The position numbers and the translations under genes were made by a program. 64,000 nt of DNA from Thermoplasmatota archaeon (GTDB taxonomy: Archaea; Thermoplasmatota; Thermoplasmata; UBA10834). This document shows positions 45,728 to 55,194 of the stretch, one piece after another; the stretch's first letter is position 1; every line of letters starts with the position of its first letter. The stretch spans positions 288,001 to 352,000 of the forward strand of contig JBFMHR010000001.1 of NCBI GenBank assembly GCA_040751795.1, given 5' to 3'. Below the pieces are notes generated by a model. That model saw nothing but the letters and a program-made list of their open reading frames with translations. It did not search any database and had not been told where the DNA came from.

Positions 45728-46465
45728 TCAGGCCCTGTGCACCGCGTTGACGATCTTCTTGAGCTTGGCCTCGAACGCCCCGTTCTCGACGAGGGTGCCC
45801 GTGACGACGATGTCCGCCCCCGAGCTGACGAGCGGCGGGATGTGGTCCGCCTCGGTGATGCCGCCCCCGACCAGGATGGGGATGCTCACGCTCTCCCTGA
45901 CCGCCTTCACCATCTGCCACGGCACCGGCGCAGGGGCGCCCGAGCCGGCCTCCAGGTAGAGCAGGTCCATGCCGAACATCTCCGCCGTCAGGGCGTACCC
46001 GACCGCGCGGGGTATGTCGTCCCTCTGGACGACGTCGGCCTCACCGACCTCCCCGACCTTCATGCCGGGCGCGACTATGACGTAGCCCATGGAGATCGTC
46101 TCCAGCCCCAGCTTGCGGATGACCGGCGCGCCGCGGCAGTGCTCGCCGGTGACGTTCCTCACGTTCCTGGAGTTGAGCATGCTCATGAAGTATATCGCGT
46201 CGCACCTCTGGGCTATCGCGTTCGCGCCCGAGGGGAAGTAGATCACCGGAAGCCGGACCGCCTTCTTGATGCGGTCCACGGCGGCGTCCAGGTTCTCCTG
46301 CGTCACGCCGGTGGAGCCGCCCACCATTATGGCGTCGGTCCCGATCTTCCCGGCCTTCCGGGCTATCTCGGCCGAGCCCTCCGGCGTCTGCTTCTCCGGG
46401 TCGATCAGGGTCATGTGCATCTTGTGGTGCTTGAGTGTGTCCGAGATGAATCCCTTGACGCTCAG
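45728..46465 (-). CDS. Geranylgeranylglyceryl phosphate synthase (probable CTG start at 46465)
   Basis: HMTLIDPEK, IMVGGSTG, FMSMLNSRN, YLEAGSGA, VGGGI, IVVTG. Confidence 0.92.
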   Translation of the reverse strand: MSVKGFISDTLKHHKMHMTLIDPEKQTPEGSAEIARKAGKIGTDAIMVGGSTGVTQENLDAAVDRIKKAVRLPVIYFPSGANAIAQRCDAIYFMSMLNSRNVRNVTGEHCRGAPVIRKLGLETISMGYVIVAPGMKVGEVGEADVVQRDDIPRAVGYALTAEMFGMDLLYLEAGSGAPAPVPWQMVKAVRESVSIPILVGGGITEADHIPPLVSSGADIVVTGTLVENGAFEAKLKKIVNAVHRA

Positions 46466-47310
46466 GTTACGCCCCCCAGAAGGAAAGCTACCAGGGCGAC
46501 CAGCATCGCCAGCTTGGCCGCCTTCTGACCCTTCTCCGGGTCAGAAAAATGTATCGCCGCGCAGTATATAAACATTGCATCCGCGGCCGCCACCGCGGGG
46601 ACGTACAATACCGACAGCTGGTCCAGGAGGTACGGCGCAGGGCTCAGGGCGACGGCCGCCAGGAAGGATGCCGACGCGACCGCCCCCGCCCTCCCCGGCC
46701 CCACCCTCATCGGGAGGGTGGTCCTCGAGCCCCGGTCCCCCTCGATGTCCTGGACGTCCTTGACGACCTCCCTCCCCAGGGTCGCGAGGAACGCGAGGGC
46801 CGCCAGGACCCATGCGACCTCCATCCCGTCCACGGCCGCGCCGCCGAAGAGGAAGAGGGCGCCCGTCAGCCAGCTTATCACGAGGTTCCCGGCCAGGCCC
46901 TCGGCCTTGAGGAGCGTCTCGTAGGCGACCATGAACACGATCGAGGAGAGGACTATCGCGAACGACCACGGGTTGACGAACACGCTCAGCACGACGGTGC
47001 AGGAGAACATCGCGGCGGAGAGGTACAGGGCGCTCCGCGGGGCCACGAGGCCCATCGGTATCGGCCTCTCCGGGTGGGCGACCTTGTCGACCTCGCGGTC
47101 GAAGTAGTCGTTGAGGGCGTTGCCTGCGCCGGTGAAGAGCACGACTATCGCCATCGAGAGCGCGACCTCGAGCCAGTAGTCGAGGAGCTGGTCGGGCCCG
47201 GCGCAGACCAGGGCAGCGAGGAGCGCCCCGACCGCGCCCATGACGCAGTTGCCCGGCCTGAGGAGGCCTAGCACCGCGAACGGGCCGCGCGCGGCTGAGC
47301 CTGGTGACAT
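46462..47310 (-). CDS. Digeranylgeranylglyceryl phosphate synthase (UbiA family)
   Basis: RPGNC, NALNDYFDREVDKVAHPERPIP, REVVKDVQDIEGD; adjacent to GGGPS. Confidence 0.9.
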   Translation of the reverse strand: MSPGSAARGPFAVLGLLRPGNCVMGAVGALLAALVCAGPDQLLDYWLEVALSMAIVVLFTGAGNALNDYFDREVDKVAHPERPIPMGLVAPRSALYLSAAMFSCTVVLSVFVNPWSFAIVLSSIVFMVAYETLLKAEGLAGNLVISWLTGALFLFGGAAVDGMEVAWVLAALAFLATLGREVVKDVQDIEGDRGSRTTLPMRVGPGRAGAVASASFLAAVALSPAPYLLDQLSVLYVPAVAAADAMFIYCAAIHFSDPEKGQKAAKLAMLVALVAFLLGGVT

Positions 47311-47413
47311 CGGTATCGTCACACCCCTGCCGGGTATAAGACATTTTTCGGCATGCTGGCTCGTCGGCAACGTACAAAGCCTTATGTAGTGTGGCCATCT
47401 TCGAGAACACCGC

Positions 47414-49192
47414 ATGGCCTCGCAGATACCCCCGGACGCGTCGAAGGAGATAGAGACGGTGAAGGCCCTCGTCGCGAGGTACTTCCCCGTCTATGACGTG
47501 AAGGTCGACTACGACGTCGTCCAGTTCTACTGCCGCATCGATGATGCCACCCTCGAGGAGAACTTCGACCGCCTCAGGGAGGACATGGCCCCCCACGGGT
47601 ACATCCCCATGGTCACCTACGACAAGGGGGAGCACGTCATTATGGTCGGGAGGAGGCCCCCGGCGCGGTACCGGAGCATCTACGTGAACCTCGCGATGCT
47701 CGTGATCACCTTCCTCGCGATGATGTTCGCCGGGATACTCGACTGGGCGTCGTACGCGGACGTCCCCGGCGACGAGATGTTCTCGGCGGTGAACGTCCTC
47801 ACCGGCATCCTCGTGTTCACGCTGCCGCTCATGGCCATACTCGGCGTCCACGAGCTCGGCCACTACTACATGGCCAGGAGGAGGAAGGTCGCTGCCTCGC
47901 TCCCGTTCTTCATACCCTCCGTGCCGCCCCTCGGGACATTCGGCGCGTTCATATCGCTCCGCGACCCGATACCGAGCCGCAAGAGCCTCCTTGAGATCGG
48001 CGTCGCAGGGCCCCTGGCGGGGCTCGCCCTCGCAATCCCTATAGGGATACTCGGGCTGGTCCTCACGAACATGGAGGCCCGGCCGGTCCCTGACGACATA
48101 GGCGCCGAGGGGCTCGTCCAGATCTCGTTCCCGATGATCTACCTGTGGCTCGAGCAGCTGGTGCCCATCCAGGGGGAGTACCTCCTGCACCCGACGGCCT
48201 TCGCCGCGTGGGTGGGCTTCCTGGTGACCGCCCTCAACCTCCTGCCCGCGGGGCAGCTGGACGGCGGGCACATCGCCAGGGCGCTGTTCGGCAAGGACGC
48301 CAAGTACGCCAGCTGGGCCGCCATCGCGGTGCTCATCGGCCTTTCGATCTTCTACTGGTCGTGGCTGCTCTTCGCCATCCTCATCCTGTTCCTCGGGGCC
48401 AAGCACCCGCCGCCCCTCAACGACATCACCAAGCTCGACACGAGGAGGAAGCTCGTCGGCGTGCTCGCGTTCGTGGTGCTCATCGTGGCGTTCGTCCCCA
48501 TACCCATGTCCGCGGTCCTCACCGAGACATCCTTCGACATGGCCTCGACGGACGGAACGGACCGCACGGTCGTGGCCGGGACCTCGGCGACCTTCCACTT
48601 CATCGTCAACAACACGGGCAACGCCGCCTGCGAGATAACCTTCGAGATGGAGGGGGCGCCCGATGGCTGGTACGTCGAGTTCTCGGAGGGGGGCAACGCC
48701 TCCTACGACTCGTACGTCATGGCCCTGAACGTGTCCGAGGAGGCGGTGCTGACGGCGGCCGTCTCCACCAACAGCTCGCACGCCCCCGGGGACTACAGCG
48801 TGGTCATGAGGGGCGACTCTGTGGCCGGGACCTCGGAGTACTCCGACAACGTGACGCTCACCATCACGCTCACGCCCCCGCCGCTCGAGGCGTGGGTGTT
48901 GGACGACGGCCAGGAGGTCGCCGCTGGCTCGGGCATCATCGTGCACATACAGCTCAACAACACCGGCGATGGCGACCTGACCGTCTACCTCGGCGCCTGG
49001 GACTTCGTGCCCTACGCGGAGGCCGTTGTCCTCGAGGGCGAGGTGACCGTGCCCGCGGACGGCAACCTGACGGTGGCGGTCGAGATAGTCACCTGGTCCT
49101 CCGCTGAGCCCGGCGAGAAGGAGGCCTACGTCAACGTCGCGTACCTCGGCGCCGTCGTCAAGACGGTCCTCATCACGTTCACCGTGGTCTAG
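47414..49192 (+). CDS. Site-2 protease (M50) with C-terminal Ig-like domains
   Basis: HELGH, GTFGAFI, GVAGPLAG, NLLPAGQLDGGH; beta-rich tail with VNNTGN/LNNTGD repeats. Confidence 0.87.
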   Translation: MASQIPPDASKEIETVKALVARYFPVYDVKVDYDVVQFYCRIDDATLEENFDRLREDMAPHGYIPMVTYDKGEHVIMVGRRPPARYRSIYVNLAMLVITFLAMMFAGILDWASYADVPGDEMFSAVNVLTGILVFTLPLMAILGVHELGHYYMARRRKVAASLPFFIPSVPPLGTFGAFISLRDPIPSRKSLLEIGVAGPLAGLALAIPIGILGLVLTNMEARPVPDDIGAEGLVQISFPMIYLWLEQLVPIQGEYLLHPTAFAAWVGFLVTALNLLPAGQLDGGHIARALFGKDAKYASWAAIAVLIGLSIFYWSWLLFAILILFLGAKHPPPLNDITKLDTRRKLVGVLAFVVLIVAFVPIPMSAVLTETSFDMASTDGTDRTVVAGTSATFHFIVNNTGNAACEITFEMEGAPDGWYVEFSEGGNASYDSYVMALNVSEEAVLTAAVSTNSSHAPGDYSVVMRGDSVAGTSEYSDNVTLTITLTPPPLEAWVLDDGQEVAAGSGIIVHIQLNNTGDGDLTVYLGAWDFVPYAEAVVLEGEVTVPADGNLTVAVEIVTWSSAEPGEKEAYVNVAYLGAVVKTVLITFTVV

Positions 49193-50178
49193 CCGCGTTC
49201 GAGCACGCAGAAGTTCCTCGTCAGCGACCTGTGCACCCATAGCGGGTGCGACTCCAGCAGCCTGAACCCGGCGGCAGCGTCCAGTATCCTTGTGTCGGGC
49301 ACCGCCACGGCGAGCCTGCAGCCGCGTCCCAGGACGTCCGCGAAGGCCCTGAACGAGCGCGAGTAGAGCTCGTCGAGGGGCTCCCCGTTGGTGCTCGTGG
49401 AGCGGCCGTAGGGCGGGTCCGTGGCTATCCCGTCGACGTCGCCGACGACGCCGTCTATCGCCCCCACGTCGCACACGCGCGTGACGGCGCTCGCCCCGAT
49501 GTGACGCAGGTTGGCCCTCGCCCCCTCGACCATCCTCTCCGAGATGTCCGTCCCCACCGCCTTGAGTCCGGCCATGTGCGCCTCGGCCAGGATCGCCCCC
49601 GTCCCGCAGAAGGGGTCGAGGACGGTGCCCCCGTCCGGCACCCTGGTCAGGTTGACGAGCGCCCTGGCGAACTTGGGGTGGAGCGAGACGGGGCAGTGGA
49701 ACGGGAGGTGCTTGTTCATCCGCTTCTCGAACGAGGTCCTGTCGACCGAACCGAGGAGCCTCCCCGCGTGGACCTTCCCTGAGAAGACGAGCCTCACCTC
49801 GGAGGCCGGCGAGTGGAGGTCGACGCCCCTGGACCGGCCTATCAGGCCGCCCGCGCGGCGCGTGGCCGCGGCCAGGTCCACGTCCCTGTGCGCCTCGCCG
49901 ACCCTGGTGGACCGCACCCTGATCGGGCCCGGGACCTCCACCCCCTCGACGAGCGCGTCGAGCCCCCTCAGGTCCGAGGACCCGAGGGACTCGGAGACCT
50001 TGTGGCAGAGCCCCAGCCTTCCGAGGAGCGCGAGCGGGTCCGCCCGCGTGGACATCACCATGACGCCGGCGTCGGAGCCGAGGACCTTCGGCTCGCCCCC
50101 GAGGGCGGCCGCGGCGCTCAGCGCCTCCGCCCTGGCGAGGGGCTCGCACTCCATGGACAGCTCTAGAAGGAGCTTCAC
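49189..50178 (-). CDS. tRNA (guanine-10-N2) methyltransferase, Trm11/TrmG10-like
   Basis: SLHPKFARALVN, LDPFCGTG, TDPPYGRS, VHRSLTR. Confidence 0.82.
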   Translation of the reverse strand: MKLLLELSMECEPLARAEALSAAAALGGEPKVLGSDAGVMVMSTRADPLALLGRLGLCHKVSESLGSSDLRGLDALVEGVEVPGPIRVRSTRVGEAHRDVDLAAATRRAGGLIGRSRGVDLHSPASEVRLVFSGKVHAGRLLGSVDRTSFEKRMNKHLPFHCPVSLHPKFARALVNLTRVPDGGTVLDPFCGTGAILAEAHMAGLKAVGTDISERMVEGARANLRHIGASAVTRVCDVGAIDGVVGDVDGIATDPPYGRSTSTNGEPLDELYSRSFRAFADVLGRGCRLAVAVPDTRILDAAAGFRLLESHPLWVHRSLTRNFCVLERG

Positions 50179-50217
50179 GCACCCTCCAGCCGCGGGGACG
50201 GTCATTAATGCATCGGC

Positions 50218-51159
50218 TCAGTCGCCTATGCCCGCCTCGGAGACCTGGAAGACCGCCTCGGCCTCGGGGAGGTTGGGCGAGTCTATGAGCCGGGCGATCC
50301 TCTTGCCGCCCTTGCTCTTCCTGAGGTAGATCCTGAAGGTCGCCGTGTGGCCGACTATGTGGCCACCTATCGGCCGCGTCGGGTCGCCGAAGAAAGCGTC
50401 CGGCTTGGCCGCGACCTGGTTGGTCACGGCTATGACGGCGTTGTTGAGGTCGCCGAACCTGAGGAGGTCGTGCATGTGCTTGTTGAGCATCTGCTGCCTC
50501 TCGGCCAGGGCCCCCCTGCCTATGTACTCCGCCCTGAAGTGGGCCGTGAGTGAGTCGACCACGAGCAGGCGGACGGGGTACTCCTTCGCCAGCTCCGCCG
50601 CCTTGTCGACCAGGAGCGTCTGGTGGTGGCTGTTGAAGGCCCTCGCGACGTGTATCTTCTTGAGCACCTCGTCCGGGTCCAGCTCCAGCGCTTCCGACAT
50701 CTGGACTATCCTCTCCGGCCTGAAGGTCTGCTCGGTGTCGATGATCATGGTGTGCCCCTCGAGCCCGCCCTCGTCGAGCGGCCTCTGGCAGTTGACGGCG
50801 AGCTGGTGGCAGAGCTGGGTCTTGCCGGAGCCGAACTCGCCGAAGAACTCGGTTATGGCGCGGCTCTCGAACCCCCCGCCCATGAGCTCGTCCAGGGACT
50901 TCGAGCCGGAGCCGAGCTTGGCGACGGTCTTCCTCCTCTCCAGGAGGACGTCCCCGGTCTCGAAGCCGCCGACGTCCGCGGCCTTCTTCGCGGCCGCGAT
51001 GATCTTGGCCGCGGTCGGCTCGCCTATCTCAGCGAGCTCCGCGAGGTTCTTCGGCGAGTCGACTGCGATCATCATGATGTCGGTGTACCCGGCCTCCTTC
51101 AGCTTCTCCATTATCGCGGGCCCGACGCCTGGGAGCTTGGAAATCTCCTCCTCCGTCAT
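50218..51159 (-). CDS. radA: DNA repair and recombination protein RadA
   Basis: LPGVGP Hh[32 protein letters not shown]. Confidence 0.97.
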   Translation of the reverse strand: MTEEEISKLPGVGPAIMEKLKEAGYTDIMMIAVDSPKNLAELAEIGEPTAAKIIAAAKKAADVGGFETGDVLLERRKTVAKLGSGSKSLDELMGGGFESRAITEFFGEFGSGKTQLCHQLAVNCQRPLDEGGLEGHTMIIDTEQTFRPERIVQMSEALELDPDEVLKKIHVARAFNSHHQTLLVDKAAELAKEYPVRLLVVDSLTAHFRAEYIGRGALAERQQMLNKHMHDLLRFGDLNNAVIAVTNQVAAKPDAFFGDPTRPIGGHIVGHTATFRIYLRKSKGGKRIARLIDSPNLPEAEAVFQVSEAGIGD

Positions 51160-51311
51160 AGTCGCTCAGCACCTAGCGGTGTTCATGAGCCCTGGCCGCT
51201 GATATAAGCATGCCGATTGGAGGTAGGCGAAAGTGGTCTGGCCGGCGCGCGCGACGCCACCAGAGGCCTCCCCAAAAGGTATTAAATAGGCCCAACTCTT
51301 CGAGGGCCAGA

Positions 51312-52064
51312 ATGGCCAAGAAGAGGAAGAAGGAGAAAGAGGAGAAGGAGGAGTACGAGTTCACGCCTCCTGACTTCGACGAGAGGGAGTTCCTGCTCAA
51401 GGAGCTCAGGGACACCAAGACCGTCCTGTTCACCGTGGGGTACGCCGCCCTCTTCGGCGTCGCCGCGGGCCTCATCTCCAACCTGGACGAGGGGCTCGTG
51501 ATTGTCGGCCTCGCGCTCGTCCTCGGCGGACTCCTCTCCCTCAGGTACTTCTACCCGCTGATGAGGATAGACGTCTCCGAGTTCCATAAGAAGAACTGGG
51601 CGGGGAACATCGCGTGGTTCTTCTTCACGTTCCTCGCCATCTGGGTCCTGACGTTCAACTTCCCGTTCGCGGACCACGCGAAGCCGTCCATCGGCAGCGT
51701 CACGGTCTGGGTCGACAGCGGCACGAACTTGACCGCCCTCGACTACGAGTACGTGGACTCCGTGGGCGGGTACGTCTGGGTCGGGCGCTGGGGCGAGGAC
51801 CCCGGGGCGACGATCTACGCGTCCGGCTCGTACACGATGAACATCACGGCGACCGTCGCCGACAACGCCGAGCTCACCACCGTGCGCATATCGGTCAACG
51901 GCGGGGAACTCGCGTACATGGCCGCCGAGGGGGACCACAGGTTCGGCCACACCCTCACGGGCGACCAGATAGCCGGAGGGAGCCTGACCTTCACGATCTC
52001 AGCATGGGACGAGGCCGGCCACGAGGCCGTCTTCACGCCCGCGAGCGCCATACCGGTGAACTGA
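51312..52064 (+). CDS. Membrane protein (3 TM) with C-terminal beta-rich extracellular domain
   Basis: YEFTPPDFDEREFL N-terminus, hydrophobic helices, ITATVADN..FTISAWD. Confidence 0.7.
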   Translation: MAKKRKKEKEEKEEYEFTPPDFDEREFLLKELRDTKTVLFTVGYAALFGVAAGLISNLDEGLVIVGLALVLGGLLSLRYFYPLMRIDVSEFHKKNWAGNIAWFFFTFLAIWVLTFNFPFADHAKPSIGSVTVWVDSGTNLTALDYEYVDSVGGYVWVGRWGEDPGATIYASGSYTMNITATVADNAELTTVRISVNGGELAYMAAEGDHRFGHTLTGDQIAGGSLTFTISAWDEAGHEAVFTPASAIPVN

Positions 52065-53390
52065 TCACCGCTCCCAGGGCGTCCTCTCGTCGAAGTGGTT
52101 CGTCAGCGCCTCCAGGTGCTCCTCGGACAGCATCTCCGGGCCCGTGAGGACCTCGATCTCCCCGACCTTCTTGACGTCCTTGCCGAGGCTCAGTCCGCGC
52201 AGGTTCTCGCGGAGCAGGTCCCCGGCCACCGGGAACTCCCTCTCGGCGACGACGTACCACCGGCCGCGCTCCACGTAGGGCGGCGACAGCCCCTTGGCCT
52301 TCCACTTGGCCAGGAACTCACGCGCGTTCTCGGACTCCTCCGGCGGGCCCCTGTGGAGCCTCTCACGGGGGAGCCTGGCGGACGCCACCTCGACCAGCAG
52401 GTGGGCCAGGCCGTCGACGTGGACGCTCGTGCGCTCGACCTCGAACTCGTTCCTCTCGAGGAGGGCGACCGCCGCGGCGAGGGACTTCCTCAGCTGCGGG
52501 TAGACGACGTCGTCTATGAGGTCGATCCTCGGGAAGGACATCGAGACGAGGTTGTCCAGCCTCGGGCCCGCGGCCTGCCTGACCTTCGCCGGGGGCCACG
52601 CCCTCCTGTCCGGGGGGAAGAAGAAGGCCTCGGAGGGCGAGCGCAGGTACTCCCTGGATGCGCGGATGAACAGCAGGAGGGTCTCCAGCGACACGGCGGA
52701 GGCCACGTTCCTCGAGCCGTCCACCGGGTCTATGAACGTGAGGGGCTCCCGGAACTCCTTGCCCTCGTGGCCCTCGAGCTCGATGTGCTCGCCCCGCTTC
52801 CAGGCGGACGCGGCCTCCAGCACCTCCCTGAAGCCTCCGAAGCGCATGACCAGGAGCTCGCACAGGTACCCGGAGAAGCCCTGGACCTTCGCCTCAGCGC
52901 CGTAGCAGCCCACGCCCTTCATGAACCTCTTGAGGAGCCGGACCTGGTCGGCCCTCCCCCTGCCCAGGTTCTCCTTGACGTACCGGGTGTGGAAGGGGGT
53001 CCTGTCGACGGCGCTCATCTTCCTCCTGGTGTCCCTGACCTTGAAGCACGGCACGAGGTCCACCTGGAAGCCCTTGAACTCCCCGCGGACGTAGGGGTGC
53101 TGGGCGTAGTGCTCCCTGCCCCCCAGGACGGCCTTGCCGATCGCGAGCCCCTTCTCCTTGAGCACCTCCGGCTCCGTGCTCTCCGGGAAGAGCATGAACA
53201 GGTCGATGTCCGGGTCCGTGAGGTGGGTGCCCTTGGCCACCGACCCCACGAGCATCAGCTCGACGTGGGCGTCGGCGCGCCTCGCCTCCCTTGAGACCTT
53301 CGCCTCGAGGGCCTTGACGGCGGACATGACCTTGGCGTCCTCGGCCTTGGTCGGCTTGACCCTCCTGAGGACATCCTCCTCGACGGGCAT
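52065..53390 (-). CDS. cca: Archaeal (class I) CCA-adding enzyme
   Basis: VGSVAKGTHL..PDIDLF, AQHPY, SAVDRTPFH, GFSGYLCELL, DPVD..RNVA. Confidence 0.95.
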   Translation of the reverse strand: MPVEEDVLRRVKPTKAEDAKVMSAVKALEAKVSREARRADAHVELMLVGSVAKGTHLTDPDIDLFMLFPESTEPEVLKEKGLAIGKAVLGGREHYAQHPYVRGEFKGFQVDLVPCFKVRDTRRKMSAVDRTPFHTRYVKENLGRGRADQVRLLKRFMKGVGCYGAEAKVQGFSGYLCELLVMRFGGFREVLEAASAWKRGEHIELEGHEGKEFREPLTFIDPVDGSRNVASAVSLETLLLFIRASREYLRSPSEAFFFPPDRRAWPPAKVRQAAGPRLDNLVSMSFPRIDLIDDVVYPQLRKSLAAAVALLERNEFEVERTSVHVDGLAHLLVEVASARLPRERLHRGPPEESENAREFLAKWKAKGLSPPYVERGRWYVVAEREFPVAGDLLRENLRGLSLGKDVKKVGEIEVLTGPEMLSEEHLEALTNHFDERTPWER

Positions 53391-53515
53391 CGGGTGGGGG
53401 ATTCGCACGTGAGGTAATAAATTGGGAGGCACGGGGCAGCTGAACGACGTGCGACGATAATCGGAGTCGCGCGCGGAGCGCAACAGCGCGCACGCGCAAG
53501 AGGACGGAGGAAGGA

Positions 53516-53610
53516 GGGCTGAGGTGTCTTTCGGTTGGTGTGGTGGGGATTGTTAGAATCTATGCTTAGGAGGAAAGTTGAGCCACCAACCTAAGACACC
53601 ATCAATGCCC
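53516..53610. ncRNA. Candidate structured RNA (long fold-back), function unknown
   Basis: GGTGTCTT/AAGACACC and GGTTGGTG/CACCAACC nested 8-bp stems; GC lower than flanking genes. Confidence 0.45.
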
Positions 53611-53690
53611 AGCCTGGTCTTGCTATATGATGGTTTCCAGGATACCATCCAGCGTGACGGCGAGGGGGCCCCCGGCCGTCGGCCGGGTGG

Positions 53691-54047
53691 TCAGAGCCCG
53701 TCCCGGATTGAGGATGACTGGATGTTGTAGGAGGCTATGGTGTCCTCGAGGTCCTGGAGGAAGACCTCGTCGGTCTCGGAGAGGCTTACGAGTTCCGTAC
53801 GCCCACCTCCGATATACAGCACGACGAGCATTTTCCCGTTCGAATATAGTTCGGCGAATCCGAAATCCGCGGAGGGGGAGGACATGTTCCTCCCGAAGGA
53901 GAGGCCGCACTCCCGCGCAATGTCGTCGAACAGCGGCCTGAGGGCGGCGGGCGCCTCGCGGGTGCGTATGACCGCCAAGGACATCCTCGACCTCCCGCAG
54001 AACGCCTTGACCTTCTCGAGGTCCTCCCTGCTCAGCTCCGGGGCCAT
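53691..54047 (-). CDS. Hypothetical protein
   Basis: 118-aa ORF with globular composition; no recognised motif. Confidence 0.55.
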   Translation of the reverse strand: MAPELSREDLEKVKAFCGRSRMSLAVIRTREAPAALRPLFDDIARECGLSFGRNMSSPSADFGFAELYSNGKMLVVLYIGGGRTELVSLSETDEVFLQDLEDTIASYNIQSSSIRDGL

Positions 54048-54179
54048 GCGCCGCGCCTATCCCCGACGCCTTAGATAACCGTATCGCAGTCCCCGTGGGG
54101 TGCGCGGGCGTGCGCCGCCCGCACACGATATTCTTATTACCTGACATGCCGATTGCTGCGCAGTCAGGGATGGGAAAGG

Positions 54180-54314
54180 ATGTGTTCTGAGAAGGACTGC
54201 CAGATATTCCGCGGCATGATCACCGCGTGCGACATGTGCAGGAAGATGCCCAACGCCTCGTCACCGAGGCTCCTCTCCGCCTGCGACGCGCCCGCGCCGC
54301 CCGGCCCCCGCTGA
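54180..54314 (+). CDS. Candidate 44-aa Cys-rich microprotein
   Basis: MCSEKDCQIFRGMITACDMCRKMPNASSPRLLSACDAPAPPGPR; upstream TTCTTATTAC box. Confidence 0.45.
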   Translation: MCSEKDCQIFRGMITACDMCRKMPNASSPRLLSACDAPAPPGPR

Positions 54315-54318
54315 GGCG

Positions 54319-55131
54319 CTACTTCTCCGGCACCGGCTTCAGCCTGTCCAGGACCTCGATCCCGTCCTTCCCGAACTCGAGGCACATGTAGTCTCGGGCC
54401 GCCACGGTCCTCACGCCCGAGCTCTCCTCGATCCACTTCGCCTGCGTCTCCGGGTTCTCCTGGATGACCCGCATGCCGAAGTGCGTGATGACCGCGAGCT
54501 CCGGCTTGACCTTCTCGATCAGGTAGCCGGCGTCCTCCGTGCTCAGGTGGTGCGGGATGCGCTGGCCCAGCGGCCTCGTCACGCACGCGACCAGTATCCG
54601 CGCCTTCTTGTGAGCCTTGATCACTGGCTCGAGCAGCTGGGTGTCGGAGACGTAGGACAGCATCCCGCCCGAGGTCTGGATCCTGAAGCCCACGGAGGTG
54701 GAGTCGGAGTGCGCCGAGGGCGTCGCCCAGACCTCCAGGGGCTTCAGCGTTACCTTCGAGAACGGCTCCATGACCTTGACGTACTTGGGCTTCGACTGGT
54801 GGTACTTCGATATCGCCGGGCCGTAGCCGTCTCCGCCCTCGATGACGCTCTTGCTCCCTATCAGGAGGCCCTGCCTCCTCGTCCCCCCTTCCGTCATCGC
54901 CTCTATGAGTATCTCCGCGTCCATGTAGTGGTCCGGGTGGCAGTGCGACACGAGTATGGCGTGGGTCTGCAGCGGGTCGATGCCTATCGAGCGCATCCTC
55001 ACCAGCGCCCCGGGCCCCGGGTCGATGTGGAGGTTCCTCTCGTCCTCGACGTATATGCCCCCGGTCGCCCGCGCCTGGTATATGGTGGCGAACCGTCCCC
55101 CGCCAGTCCCCAGGAACGTAATCCTGACCAT
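54319..55131 (-). CDS. MBL-fold metallo-hydrolase (RNase Z/PhnP-like)
   Basis: FLGTGGGR, IDPGPGAL, SHCHPDH, YVSDT, THFG. Confidence 0.88.
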   Translation of the reverse strand: MVRITFLGTGGGRFATIYQARATGGIYVEDERNLHIDPGPGALVRMRSIGIDPLQTHAILVSHCHPDHYMDAEILIEAMTEGGTRRQGLLIGSKSVIEGGDGYGPAISKYHQSKPKYVKVMEPFSKVTLKPLEVWATPSAHSDSTSVGFRIQTSGGMLSYVSDTQLLEPVIKAHKKARILVACVTRPLGQRIPHHLSTEDAGYLIEKVKPELAVITHFGMRVIQENPETQAKWIEESSGVRTVAARDYMCLEFGKDGIEVLDRLKPVPEK

Positions 55132-55194
55132 GGCCGACAAACCTTAATGACCGGTCCCCTTAATACCCTTCCGCAGCCAGAGGGGTGAGCCCGA

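Noticed and set aside
762-50182. Many long overlapping ORFs (e.g. 762-2369, 29090-32059, 42756-45317, 46541-50182)
   Set aside because: R/G/P-rich or antisense shadows of recognisable genes, expected from stop-codon scarcity at high GC
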